Shown here one piece after another: positions 1-10,875 of a stretch of DNA of 64,000 nt. The stretch is from Eledone cirrhosa. Its lineage: Eukaryota. The stretch is from assembly GCA_964016885.1 (NCBI GenBank), contig OZ024758.1, positions 30,318,001 to 30,382,000 on the forward strand. Direction: 5' to 3'. Under the pieces are notes generated by a model that was given only the letters and a program-made list of their open reading frames with translations, was not told where the DNA came from and did not search any database. The position numbers and the translations under genes were made by a program. Positions within the stretch are counted from its first letter, which is position 1, and each line of letters begins with the position of its first letter.

Positions 1-877
1 GACAGGTCTTATTCAGCACAGCATCTCTCCACTTGTCACGGTCCTTTGTGATCTCCTCTGTGAGCTTCAGCGATCTGAGGTCTGTTCTCACCACCTCCGT
101 CCATGTTTTTCGTGGTCTACCTCTACTGTGTCTTCCTTCTACTGGCATTTCCTGGCACTTCTTCATCCATCGGTCATCCTCCATGTGCATCACATGTCCA
201 TACCACCTCAGTCTCCTCTCTCACACACTACATTCTATCCCTCTCAGACTCAGTTTCTCTCTCAACACATTCATGCTGGGTCGTTCACGCACATTTACAC
301 TGCACATCCAACGGAACATGCTTGCCTCATTTCTCTCCAGCCGTCACATATCCTCTGCAGTTGCTGCCCATGTCTCACTACCATGCAGCATCGCGCTCCT
401 CACACAGGCATCATATAACCGGCCTTTCGTACGCAGGGAGAAACCCTTCTTCGTCAACAGAGGAAGCAGCTCCCTAAACTTCTTCCAACCCGTCCTTATT
501 CTAGATACTATGGCCTCGGAACACTCCCCCCTCCCTCCTATGCTAATCTGATTTCCTAGGTACCGGAAGCTATCCACCACTTCTATAGCACCCTCCTGCA
601 TTTGAAAAATGTGTCTATCAATGCGACTTCTACTGTCTAATTTCCTTGTACATCTACTGCATACATATTTCTCCCTACCTGTTAGTTTGCCTGCTATCCC
701 GCTACATCTCTTGTGTACCCAGGATCTGCATTGTGTGCATTTTATAGAATTTATGTCAGTTCCTTTTCTGCATATCAAACATGGCCGTTTCCCTCACGGA
801 ATCAGAGTTTTGTCCTCTTTTCTACTCATCAACACTTTTATCTTAGCTAGGTTCACTCTCAGTCCTCTTGCTTCCAA
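1..877 (-). mobile_element. RTE-clade LINE ORF fragment (RT C-terminal part with embedded PHD-type Zn finger), decayed
   Basis: Minus strand reads GLRVNLAKIKV ... C4HC3 finger ... EVVDSFRYLG ... RIRTGWKKF ... LYDACVRSAMLHGSETW, and further 3' GRRSRGRPRKTW; typical RTE motifs; in-frame TGA stops near 795 and 345. Confidence 0.9.
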
Positions 878-902
878 CACACACACACACACATATATAT
901 AT

Positions 903-1160
903 AAGTAGAAGGGATATTTAATTTGTTGGAAATTCAACAAATATAAATGTTTATAACTGATTCAGATTTCTGGAGTAAATATTTAATGATATTAAATAAA
1001 TGGAAACTATATTTATAAAACCATATTTATTCTATTATATGATAAGGTATGTTTCCTTGGCTATGTCAAAATTTATAAAACACTCTTTGTATTTTATCAA
1101 AGTTTTTGGTACCCTTGAATAATAGAATAAATATAGTTTCCATTTATTTAATATCATTGT
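903..1160. mobile_element. PLE terminal remnant family A (inverted arms, hammerhead core deleted)
   Basis: Inverted repeat tgatattaaataaatggaaactatatttat / ataaatatagtttccatttatttaatatca between (TA)n tracts; same sequence as 62498-62931 but lacking CTGATGA. Confidence 0.7.
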
Positions 1161-1182
1161 ATATATATATATATATATATAT

Positions 1183-1280
1183 ATTAAAATAACAGATTAA
1201 AGTTTAAGCAAAGAATCGCTGCTTTCACCAGGGTGAAAGCAGCAATTCTTTGCTTAAACTTTAATCTGTTATTTTAATAA
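1183..1280. repeat. Near-perfect ~48 bp-arm palindrome, remnant of the PLE family seen at 16027-16090
   Basis: Arms contain gggtgaaagcagcaattctttgcttaaactttaat, which recurs at 16048-16082. Confidence 0.7.
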
Positions 1281-1319
1281 ATATTTGATCTACGGTTTTT
1301 ATATATATTTATATATATA

Positions 1320-1494
1320 TTATCCTTATTGAAGGAGTGATGATAGGGCTGTGAAATTTTGCATGCATTAATTCATCTCTTCTTATTGATAACTGCATTG
1401 TTTCTTTCCAGAGATTATGTTGAAAAATAGACCCATTTGGTCATTCCATGAGAGTACCTTGGTTAGCTAATGAACTTTTCAACCAACCCTTGTA
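1320..1494 (-). mobile_element. Mariner-type MITE remnant (family of 46957-47297)
   Basis: Ends gaacttttcaaccaacccttgta; body is the reverse complement of 4359-4560. Confidence 0.65.
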
Positions 1495-1760
1495 AGCCTG
1501 CACAAAACAGTGATTAGATTGTTGAAGGTCCTAATCTATTGCTTATTTAGCTTATGACTAAGTCCAGCACTGGATACAGTGGATGACATAGTCATAGATG
1601 AAATATAGCTGAATAAAAAAAAGTTAATGTCTTTGGTCATAGTTTTTCTCAATCAGGGTTGATACAGGGCTAACCCCCCATCAATACCACTACTTGTGAA
1701 AAAAAGAGGTCACAGTTTTGATCTGAGTTTCAAGAGCAGTTAAGGAATATCTAGTGGTGT

Positions 1761-1933
1761 CAGTGCCGGATTTACCATTGTGTTTAGGTGTGCTTAAGTA
1801 CAGGGCCCCGTTGACCAGGAAGGGGGGAGGGGCATTTTCCTCCTCCCCAAATTTTATACAATGATTTTTTCAAATGTTTGGGGCCTCATAACTTAACTAG
1901 CATAGGGCCTCATTTGTCCTAAATCCAGCACTG
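1761..1933. mobile_element. hAT-like MITE
   Basis: TIRs CAGTGCCGGATTTA / TAAATCCAGCACTG; imperfect 8-bp flanks agtggtgt / actggtga. Confidence 0.6.
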
Positions 1934-2019
1934 ACTGGTGATATTTATTTTAACAGAAAACTGGCTCAAATAGTTGAAAGCTAAAAGGTTCAGTGTTTTG
2001 TGATGTAATGATGCTAGTA

Positions 2020-2157
2020 ATAATTGTTTCTACTTTTGGCACAAGGCCAGCAAATATCCCAGTGTATTACTGGTACTTTATTTTATCGACCCCGAAAGGA
2101 TGAAAGGCAAAGTTAACCTCGGTGGGATTTGAACTCAGACCATAAAGGGTTGTAACT
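2020..2157 (-). mobile_element. Meta-domain SINE, 5' truncated
   Basis: Reverse complement of the SINE body at 50228-50416 (B box GTTCAAATCC, ctttcatcc...ggggtcgataaaataaagtaccag). Confidence 0.85.
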
Positions 2158-2924
2158 CTTTGCTGCCATTCCACCCCCCTATGCTAGTAATAATAGCTAT
2201 ATAACTAATCTGGAATAACACTTTACACTGTTTTTAGCTGTGTTAAGGCATATTGTCGACAGTAAGAGAATCTGAAAGTTATTCAACCATTGCTATCAAA
2301 CACCCTAATAGCTTTAACAGGTCAGTGTATTAGGGCCTACATTGTATTAAAAGTGCAATAGCCTGTGTATACTAATACACCAATTGAACTTATTATTATT
2401 GCCAGTTTGTCTGCAGGGTGTAGCCCCCCCCCCCCCCGTCTAATAGTCCTTTCTTTTCCCCTCCTTTCCTCTCATTTATGGCATTTATAGTCCTTTCCAA
2501 TGTTGCTTTCTTTTTCTATGTTTGACTGATTTATAGTTATATCAATTAATTATTGATATGTTAGAATAATGTTGAGGGAGAATGTAATATAGTAGAAGAT
2601 TAATTATTGCTAGCAACCTTATAAATATAGGAAATTATACAACCAAAGCGAAACAACATCCATTCAACACTATATGCATCAATCGGTCACACACCATAAG
2701 GATTATTGGAACTCTGTGAATAATTCCTGTTAATGTGGAGAGTTATGCACAATAATGAATTATGGATTCTGTGCCATATAATTTTCTCTTTCCATATTGT
2801 TCAACGTTAATGATACCTTCAGAAAATTCCAATTTCAATGCAGTAAGCTAAGGAAGCAAGTGTCAATTATTTGGATTGATGTTCTACAATCAGAAACATT
2901 ACCTTAAAATATGGAAAGAGAAGT

Positions 2925-3193
2925 TTAACCCTTTGGCATTTTAAATCGGCTGTATCTGGCCTGAATTCCCTCACCTCTTTCTGTTCAAACTGGCTGTATC
3001 TGGCCTGAATTCCCTCACCTCTTTCTGTTCAAACTGGCTGTAGCTAGCCACTCTGATGTTAAGGTATTGTTCTCAAAATAAATAACATCAAAATCTTGTA
3101 GATTCATTATTATGTGGATACTTATGTGAGATAAAGCCTTTACCACAAAAATACAATAGTAAATATAGAGTAATGTAAATGCTAAAGGTTTAA
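2925..3193. mobile_element. piggyBac-like MITE (TTAA flanks, CCCTTT.GCATT termini) with an internal ~42 bp duplication
   Basis: ttaa-ccctttggcatt ... aatgctaaaggt-ttaa. Confidence 0.7.
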
Positions 3194-4099
3194 TGCTTTC
3201 TACTTAAAACTCAGCACATGTTAGTCACAAGGAATATATTTATTTATAATCTGGTATTTCTATTAATTAGCCCCATGTTAGCTCTGATTTCTATGCAAAC
3301 TTCAACATTTTATGTCAGCGTCATCTCTCACTCCTGTGGAAAATAAAAGAAATCATTATTTAGCAACAGTTCAACTTTAACAGAGCAACCCCACAATAAA
3401 AGGTATTTCAACTGCAACCACTCTTTCTTTTATTTTTAGACACAAGTGTATCCATGCTTATATCAACCAATTTGAGCTTGTAATCTGAGATTTAGTTGTC
3501 ATCTCCAACAAGTTGACTAATCACATACAGGTTTCTTCAATTTAAAATGTTTTCTTCTTATATTAGGATAGTGATCTACTAATGTTGGTCTTACATTTTT
3601 GATTCCTTGTCATGTAACGTTTGCCCTAGTAATGTTGAGAATATTTCCACCTTTTTATCTAGTACCTTCTTAAAACGACACCTACATTGTGTTACATTAA
3701 AAGCAGGTTTTATAAGTCAGGTTGTTTTTCGAATTGATCAAAAGAAAATCATCCATTCTACTAAGAATACTGAATTTACTGAACTCTTTTGAGTAATTTC
3801 CAAAAATATCGAATAACTATATTTTGACAGATTTAATTGCAATAAATGAAAAACAAAAAACAAAAAAACCCTCCAAATCTTCAAACAAAGAGGATAGTTG
3901 TAATGGGAGAGGGGTAGGAATAGAAGTTCATCTGTCGTTGTTTGAGTCTCATATGCAAATTACAATATATAGGAAATCTATATCTCAGAAGATATCAAAC
4001 AGTTAGTGATAAGAAACTTGGATACTGATTTGCCACTGCTAAGAACGTGTATAAAGCTAATTATGTTAAATGTCTCGTTATTTTTCCGATAAAAATATG

Positions 4100-4623
4100 A
4101 AATATCAATTGAAACCGATGCAAATACAATAATATATTGGACTGATTGTTTAGATTTATTGATTATTGGTGATTATGTTTAGATTTATTGATTATGGGTG
4201 ATTATGTTTTTACAAGTTATTGTTGGAGAGTTTCCTATAAAAATGTTGATTTTATGTGGACATGATTTATAAGTTGGGTAACATTTTTTTGTACAAATTC
4301 TCTTCAACAAGTTGTTACAACTTTCTCTGGATATTAAGCCATATTCTATTAACAAATATAGTAGGGTGGGCTGAAAAGTTCATAGGCTGACTAAGATACT
4401 CTCATGGAATGACCAAATGAGGTTTACTTTTTAATATAGTTCCTGGAAAGAAACAATGCAGTTATTAATAAGAAGAGTTGAAATTAATGCATGCAAGATT
4501 TTACAGCTCTAGCATCACTCCTTCACAGTCAGCCTATGAACTTTTCAGCCGACCCTTGTATATTAAATCATAAAGGTGTGTGGCTCACTGGTTAGGGGTG
4601 TTTGGCTAAAGAGTTTGGCTAAA
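4100..4623 (+). repeat. ~0.5 kb direct duplication, copy 1 (copy 2 at 8079-8579)
   Basis: Near-identical from gaaatatcaattgaaacc to ttggctaaag; includes a mariner MITE and a SINE start. Confidence 0.9.
4359..4560 (+). mobile_element. Mariner-type MITE (second copy 8327-8528; another 16690-16878)
   Basis: TIRs agggtgggctgaaaagttcataggctgac / gtcagcctatgaacttttcagccgaccct with TA flanks. Confidence 0.8.
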
Positions 4624-4891
4624 GATCATAATATTGTAAGTTTGATTAATGAACCAACCGATGGGTTGCGACTTTGAGCAAGACACTCTATTTCTCCTCC
4701 AGTCCACTCAGCTGGCAAAAAATGATTTGTAGTAGTTGATTTGTCATGCCAAATCTCCCTGAGAACTATGTGAAGGGTGCAAGTGTCTGTGATACTCTCA
4801 TCTGTATGTTAGTTTCATGAGGAGGCAGTTTCGTTGTTGTTTCAAAGAATTGGGACACTCGTTGAAACCGATGAAGGTCCAACAACACACA

Positions 4892-5426
4892 TTAACCCAT
4901 TACCATTTACATTTCTCTATGTTTACTATTGTATTTTCACAGTAAAGGCTTTATCTCACATAATATCTCACATAATATCGAATCTATGAGATTTTGATAT
5001 TATTTATTTTGAGAACAATTCCTCAGTATGAGCAGCCAGTTATGGCTGGTTTAAATGTTAAAGTGTTAAATCATATTTGTTTTCTGATGTTATTGAGAAG
5101 ATAGGGTGAAATGGACTTGTGATGTTGTAGGAGACACGTAATAATTTATACTTCATGACCATTGATTTTCCTATGAACCAGAGGATGCTCACATTTTATT
5201 GAACCCTTTAGCATTTGCATTTCTCTATGTTTACTATTGTATTTTCATGGTAAAGGCTTTATGTCACATAATTATTTCATAATATTGAATCTACAAGATT
5301 TTGATATTATTTATTTTGAGAACACTACCTTAACATAAGTATGAACAGCCGATTATGGCTGGTTTGAACAGAAGTAGATGAGAAAATTCTGGCCAGATAT
5401 GGCCAGTTTAAATGTGAAAGGGTTAA
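4892..5426. mobile_element. Two adjacent piggyBac-like MITE copies (4892-5069, 5200-5426)
   Basis: ttaacccatt...aaagtgttaa and tgaaccctttagcatt...aatgtgaaagggttaa; internal sequence shared with 2925, 25959 and 44585 copies. Confidence 0.7.
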
Positions 5427-6639
5427 ATGTATTCAAACTTACAACTGTAAATACATTATTTCCTATGTAGTAGCAGTTATGTATATTTCCTATATATTCA
5501 CCTCTTATATTGATATCAAACCTCACATACAAGGTGGCACACGAAAAAGTAGCCTGGGTTCCATAGTATAGAGTACATACAGAAATAAATTTACACACAC
5601 AAAAAAGCACCCATTTTGAAAATATTGTATGATGGTGAGTCATTTCCAGCACTTTTAAATTTATTTCGGAATTTATACTATGCTACAGTACCCGGACTAC
5701 TTTTTCATGCATCACCCTATAATATGGCGTAGGGATACAGTCAATTGAATCTGGAATATATATTATTGGTGCTAAATTTCTCAGCCCGGGTGGAATTTAG
5801 ATAGAGAACTGAAAGGAATATAAGTAGATATTGTAAATGCATTTTGTTAGCTTCTCTACTGATTCTGTTAACCCATCACCAACAACCTTCTATATGTTGA
5901 AAGATATGTGAACATTTTTTGCCAAATTTCCATTCAATTTTGAGGATATATTTTACTTGCGTAAAATTGCCTGAATCTCATGTTTATCTAATATTGGAGT
6001 GTGAAATTGACACTTTTACAAACGATGCTGGTTTGTAAAAGTGTTGACGTATAATTAAGAACATTGATTCCCCATTAAGTAAGCTGTTTGGTGTTTGTAG
6101 TGGAACAAAGTTAATAAAGCTTTAAATTTTATGAATTCTGTTTCATGGTTCTTTCAGATAGATGATAGCGACAACGAGAAAACGATCACCATGGATTATA
6201 CGTGTTAAAATATTGCAAAAATTAACATTCCACTTTATGGAATAACGCTAAATTTAATTTTGATAGAATAATGTAATGTACACTTCAATATTTACAATAA
6301 ATAATCAATGATGTATGACAGCTAAAACTTTCAGTTTTATATAATACACTTCAACATAGATCTCTATACCCTTACTTTCCACTGTCTATATGGTAAGTCT
6401 CAGAAATGATATAGAATAATGCCTCGACCTTGAAATGGTACAAAGCTGTTTTTTTCTTCCTACATTTAGTTAATATTTATTCACTTGCCACCAAAAAGAT
6501 TAAGCATATGAAATGAAAGCCTTAATATTCAAAATACTGTATAGTCTGTTTGTGAAACAATGACATGAAATTCCAATCTGTATCGGGTAATCTATATATA
6601 AATTTGAGTGACTTCCATCCATCATTCTGTCACACAGTA

Positions 6640-7277
6640 GAGATGGAAGAGGAAAGAAGGGGTGATGATGTCACACACTAGAGATGACTGAGGAGGGAAG
6701 GGGTGATGACGTCACACACTAGAGATGACTGAGGAAGGAAGGGGTGATGACGTCACACACGAGATGACTGAGGAAGGAGGGGGTGATGACGTCACACACT
6801 AGAGGTGATCGAGAAGGGAAGGGGTGATGACGTCACACACAAGATGTGATTGAGGAAGGAAGGGGTGATGACGTCACACACAAGAGGTGACTGAGGAAGG
6901 AAGGGGTGATGACGTCACACACAAGAGGTGACTGAGGAAGGAAGGGGTGATGACGTCAAACACTAGAGGTGATTGAGGAAGGAAGGGGTGATGACGTCAC
7001 ACACTAGAGGTGACTGAGGAAGGAAGGGGTGATGACGCCACACAAGAGGTGACTGAGGAAGGAAGGGGTGATGACGTCACACACAAGAGGTGACTGAGGA
7101 AGGAAGGGGTGATGACGTCACACACTAGAGGTGACTGAGGAAGGAAGGGGTGATGACGTCACACACTAGAGGTGATTGAGGAAGGAAGGGGCGATGACGT
7201 CACACACCAGAGGTGATCGAGGAGGGAAGGGGTGATGACGTCACACACAAGAGGTGATTGAGGAAGGAAGGGGCGAT
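6640..7277. repeat. Minisatellite, ~39-41 bp unit x ~16
   Basis: Unit gaggtgactgaggaaggaaggggtgatgacgtcacacacta. Confidence 0.95.
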
Positions 7278-7369
7278 AGTTTTTTTAGGTTTTGAAGATG
7301 TATATTTGAGTATTTGCAAGGATGATTTTAACTATAGTGACAGGGAATGTATTCCATTCTGTGATCAAA

Positions 7370-7708
7370 CCCTGCCGAGGTTAGCTTTGCCTTTCATCCT
7401 GATGGGGTTGATAAAATAAAGTACCAGTAACGCACTGAGGTAGATTTAATCAACTTTCCCCTACCCCCTAAATTGTTGGTCATGTGCCTAAATCAGAAAA
7501 CATTATTTACAATTTACAAGGCGGTAGATTGGCAGTATCGGTAGAGGGTCGGACGCCATGCTTTGCAGCAAAGAGTTACGGCCCTTTATGGTCTGAGTTC
7601 AAATCCCGCCAAGGTTAACTTTGCCTTTCATCCTTACGGGGTCGATAAAATAAAGTACCAGTAATACACTGGGTTATTGCTGGCCTTGTGCCAGAAGTAG
7701 AAACAATT
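7370..7708 (+). mobile_element. Two Meta-domain SINE copies (partial 7370-7505; full 7518-7708)
   Basis: A box TGGCAGTATCGG, B box GTTCAAATCC, Meta-like core, tail agtagaaacaatta. Confidence 0.88.
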
Positions 7709-8078
7709 ATATATATAAATATACTTACATAAGTTCCTTTATAATAAGGATGTATATAAATAAGTATTCGATCCCCAGCATGCCATCTTTAACACTGTGC
7801 AGGAATGGTTCAAAATTGTTGGCCTTGTGCCTAAATCATAAACGATTACTAGCAAGTGGCATACCGTGTTTCTTGAGGATTTTAAGCCTAGCACGGCCCA
7901 TCCCTTTCCTGGATTGAACAGCAGATTTCTTCCAGAGAAGGATTGAGAATGCGAGAGGAAATGAGAAAGAGATATAGAGGAAGAATCAACCCCAGTATTT
8001 GACTGGTACTTTTTTAATCAACCTCGAAAGGATGAAAGGCAAAGTTGACTTCTGCAGTAGTTGAAAAGTAAAGACCTG

Positions 8079-8579
8079 GAAATATCAATTGAAACCAATA
8101 CAATAGGAGTGATTGTTTAGATTTATCGATTATTGGTGATTATGTTTAGATTTATTGATTATGGGTGATTATGTTTTTACAAATTATTGTTGGAGAGTTT
8201 CCTATAAAAATGTTGATTTTATGTGGACATGATTTATAAGTTGGGTAACATTTTTTCGTACAACTTCTCTTCAACAAGTTGTTACAACTTTTCTCTGGAT
8301 ATTAAGCCATATTCTATTAACAAATATAGTAGGGTGGGCTGAAAAGTTCATAGGCTGACTAAGATACTCTCATGGAATGACCAAATGAGGTTTATTTTTT
8401 AATATAGTTCCTGGAAAGAAACAATGCAGTTATTAATAAGAAGAGTTGAAATTAATGCATGCAAGATTTTACAGCTCTAGCATCACTCTTTCACAGTCAG
8501 CCTATGAACTTTTCAGCCGACCCTTGTATATTAAATCATAAAGGTGTGTGGCTCACTGGTTAGGGGTGTTTGGCTAAAG
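8079..8579 (+). repeat. ~0.5 kb direct duplication, copy 2
   Basis: Matches 4100-4623. Confidence 0.9.
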
Positions 8580-9228
8580 GTGGAAAAGTTCATACATATA
8601 TATATATATATATATACACATTTCCGTATCACTCACACACATGCACACACATACACATACACACACAAACACATTTTCTTTCTTCCCTCTCTCTCTCACA
8701 CACACTTCGCTCCATTATAATTAAAATACGTTTCATGTTGCCGATTATGATTTGAATGGTTGAATTATTGTGGTTCTAGTAGAATTCGAGTGGCATTTAT
8801 GGTGCCTATATATTGGATGCATAATTCTATGGATGCTATGAGACCTTCACTATCATTTAACCTGTCATGTCATTTCAAAGTGTAATTAGAGATTTCAGGG
8901 ATTCTGCTATGTAATTATTGTATCGTTTCATGTAGTATCGCCATGTTAATGTCTTGTGTGATGATGACATGATTTATATATATAAAAGTATTTTACATTG
9001 CTGTAAATGTAGCTATCTTGTTAAGAATTCTGCCCATCCAGATCCATATAAGAGATCTTCCATAGTAACCTGCTTCGTTTACTACTTGGATTTACTTCGG
9101 TTGGGTTTAATTTTAAATTCCTATTATTAATTCTAGCAATATTCTGGGCTATACTCATAGTATTCTTATACACATATATATATATATATATATATATAAG
9201 ATCAAAAGATGGTTAAAGGAGTTCCATG

Positions 9229-9299
9229 TATTTTATTATGCGCATTTCAAAAACAAACATCATCATGCAATAATATTTGTGTTTTCATCAGATAAAACA
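9229..9299 (-). ncRNA. Type I hammerhead ribozyme (mirror copy, family B)
   Basis: Exact reverse complement of 9410-9480. Confidence 0.8.
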
Positions 9300-9409
9300 G
9301 GAGAACATGATATGAAGGCTAAAAAACACTTGTGGATAGTGCAGTTTTAAATCAACATATCAAACTGCACTATCCACAAGTGTTTTTTAGCCTTCATATC
9401 ATGTTCTCC

Positions 9410-9480
9410 TGTTTTATCTGATGAAAACACAAATATTATTGCATGATGATGTTTGTTTTTGAAATGCGCATAATAAAATA
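9410..9480 (+). ncRNA. Type I hammerhead ribozyme, palindromic stem III (family B)
   Basis: tgttttat-CTGATGA-stem II-GAAA-tgcgcaTA-ataaaata; stem III ATGCGCAT is palindromic. Confidence 0.82.
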
Positions 9481-9604
9481 CATGGAACTCCTTTAACCAT
9501 CTTTTGATCTTATATTATGTATACTCCAGTCCTACAAACTGTAGAGTGCTTCTTCTCCGATATCTGCATTGCTTTATTGTACTACAATAAAACTCACCTC
9601 CTAC

Positions 9605-9662
<58 letters not shown>

Positions 9663-9680
9663 CATATACATATATATATA

Positions 9681-9814
9681 TATTATTTCTGAAGACAGCA
9701 TATATATGTGTAGGTATGTATATTCCTTCTGATAGTTTGTAAAATGTTTACATAGATCTATATGATATACATACCAACACACATATATATCCTAGAAACG
9801 ATCGTAAAATGATG
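9681..9814 (+). ncRNA. Type I hammerhead with ~100 nt extended stem II
   Basis: tattattt-CTGAAGA(9689)-cagCatatatatgtgt...acacatatatatCcta-GAAA(9795)-cgatcgTA-aaatgatg; second copy 63049-63199 minus. Confidence 0.72.
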
Positions 9815-9879
9815 AATTTTTTAATATATGGAACTGTTTTATTCATTGTTTTTATTAATTTATATATATATATATTTTT

Positions 9880-10860
9880 AAGGGAAGAAAATTTAAGGAA
9901 AGAATATAAGAAAAAAGTATATTAGAGTTAGAAATAGACTATTATTATTAATATATAATTGTATGGATCGTATTAGTGATGTGAAGCTCTCATAGTATTA
10001 CAACAAACATATCTTTTTCAATATGTATAATGTTATTTCAACTTTGCTTGATATCACATATTTAATATGGTTTTGTAACTCTATAATATTAAAACTCACG
10101 ATTAAAATGGACCCAATAATTAGTAGCATCTCTCACTTTTTAAAATTAAATTCTACCACTTTAACACATTTATAATTCTCATATTATATTATAGATACTC
10201 CCAAAATATATAATTATATAATTAAATAAATAAATATAATTATTTCACTCTCTTTACACCATCAATAATATGATCCATACAAATATATCTTAATAATAAT
10301 AGTCTATTTCTAACTCTAATATACTTTTTTCTTATATTCTTTCCTTAAATTTTCTTACACCCTAATATTAGCAGTATCGGTAGAGGGTCGGACGCCATGC
10401 TTTCCAGCATAGTTACGTCCCTTTACGATCTGAGTTCAAATCCCGCCGAGGTTGACTTTGCCTTTCATCCTTACGGGGTCGATAAAATAAAGTATCAGTA
10501 ATGCACTGGTTAATTGCTGGCCTTGTGCCTAAAGTAGAAACAATTAATATTAACTTCTTTCTCGTCTTCCCTTAAAAAATAATCCTAATAATTATTTAAA
10601 TTTATCTAGCGTCTAAATATAACGATCTTTTTCAACTTTACGTTATCCTCATTAACATATTCCTAAGATTTGAATTTCTTTTTCACTATTCAAGCAGAAC
10701 TTAAAACGATAAGTTCTTGTTTTGGGATATGTCACTATCTGTAAAACAACTTTTGTATTTTATCTGATGAGAGCGTACCAAAATTTTGGTACCCTTGAAA
10801 TATATATAATAAAATAAATATGGTTTTATAAAGATAGTTTCCATTTATTAATATTATTAT
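9880..10860 (+). mobile_element. PLE remnant family A with internal inverted segment and a SINE inserted at 10372-10545
   Basis: 9885-9975 inverted versus 10265-10356; 3' end matches 14540-14820 and 62670-62830; ends in (TA)n. Confidence 0.65.
10756..10816 (+). ncRNA. Type I hammerhead ribozyme (family A)
   Basis: tattttat-CTGATGA-gagCgtaccaaaattttggtacCctt-GAAA-tatataTA-ataaaata. Confidence 0.82.
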
Positions 10861-10875
10861 ATATATTATATATAT

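Larger units (their letters stand above)
9195..9604. mobile_element. PLE terminal remnant family B: inverted arms plus 3' extension, in (TA)n
   Basis: 9195-9347 is the reverse complement of 9362-9514; the plus arm continues ~90 nt; HHR in both arms; same family at 55402-57941. Confidence 0.8.

Noticed and set aside
4100-8579. LTR retrotransposon bounded by direct repeats
   Set aside because: No TG..CA ends, PBS/PPT or gag-pol; the repeats are composites of other TEs
9523-9547. SECIS interpretation of the conserved 3' hairpin
   Set aside because: No AUGA/GA quartet, no apical AAR and the wrong helix lengths
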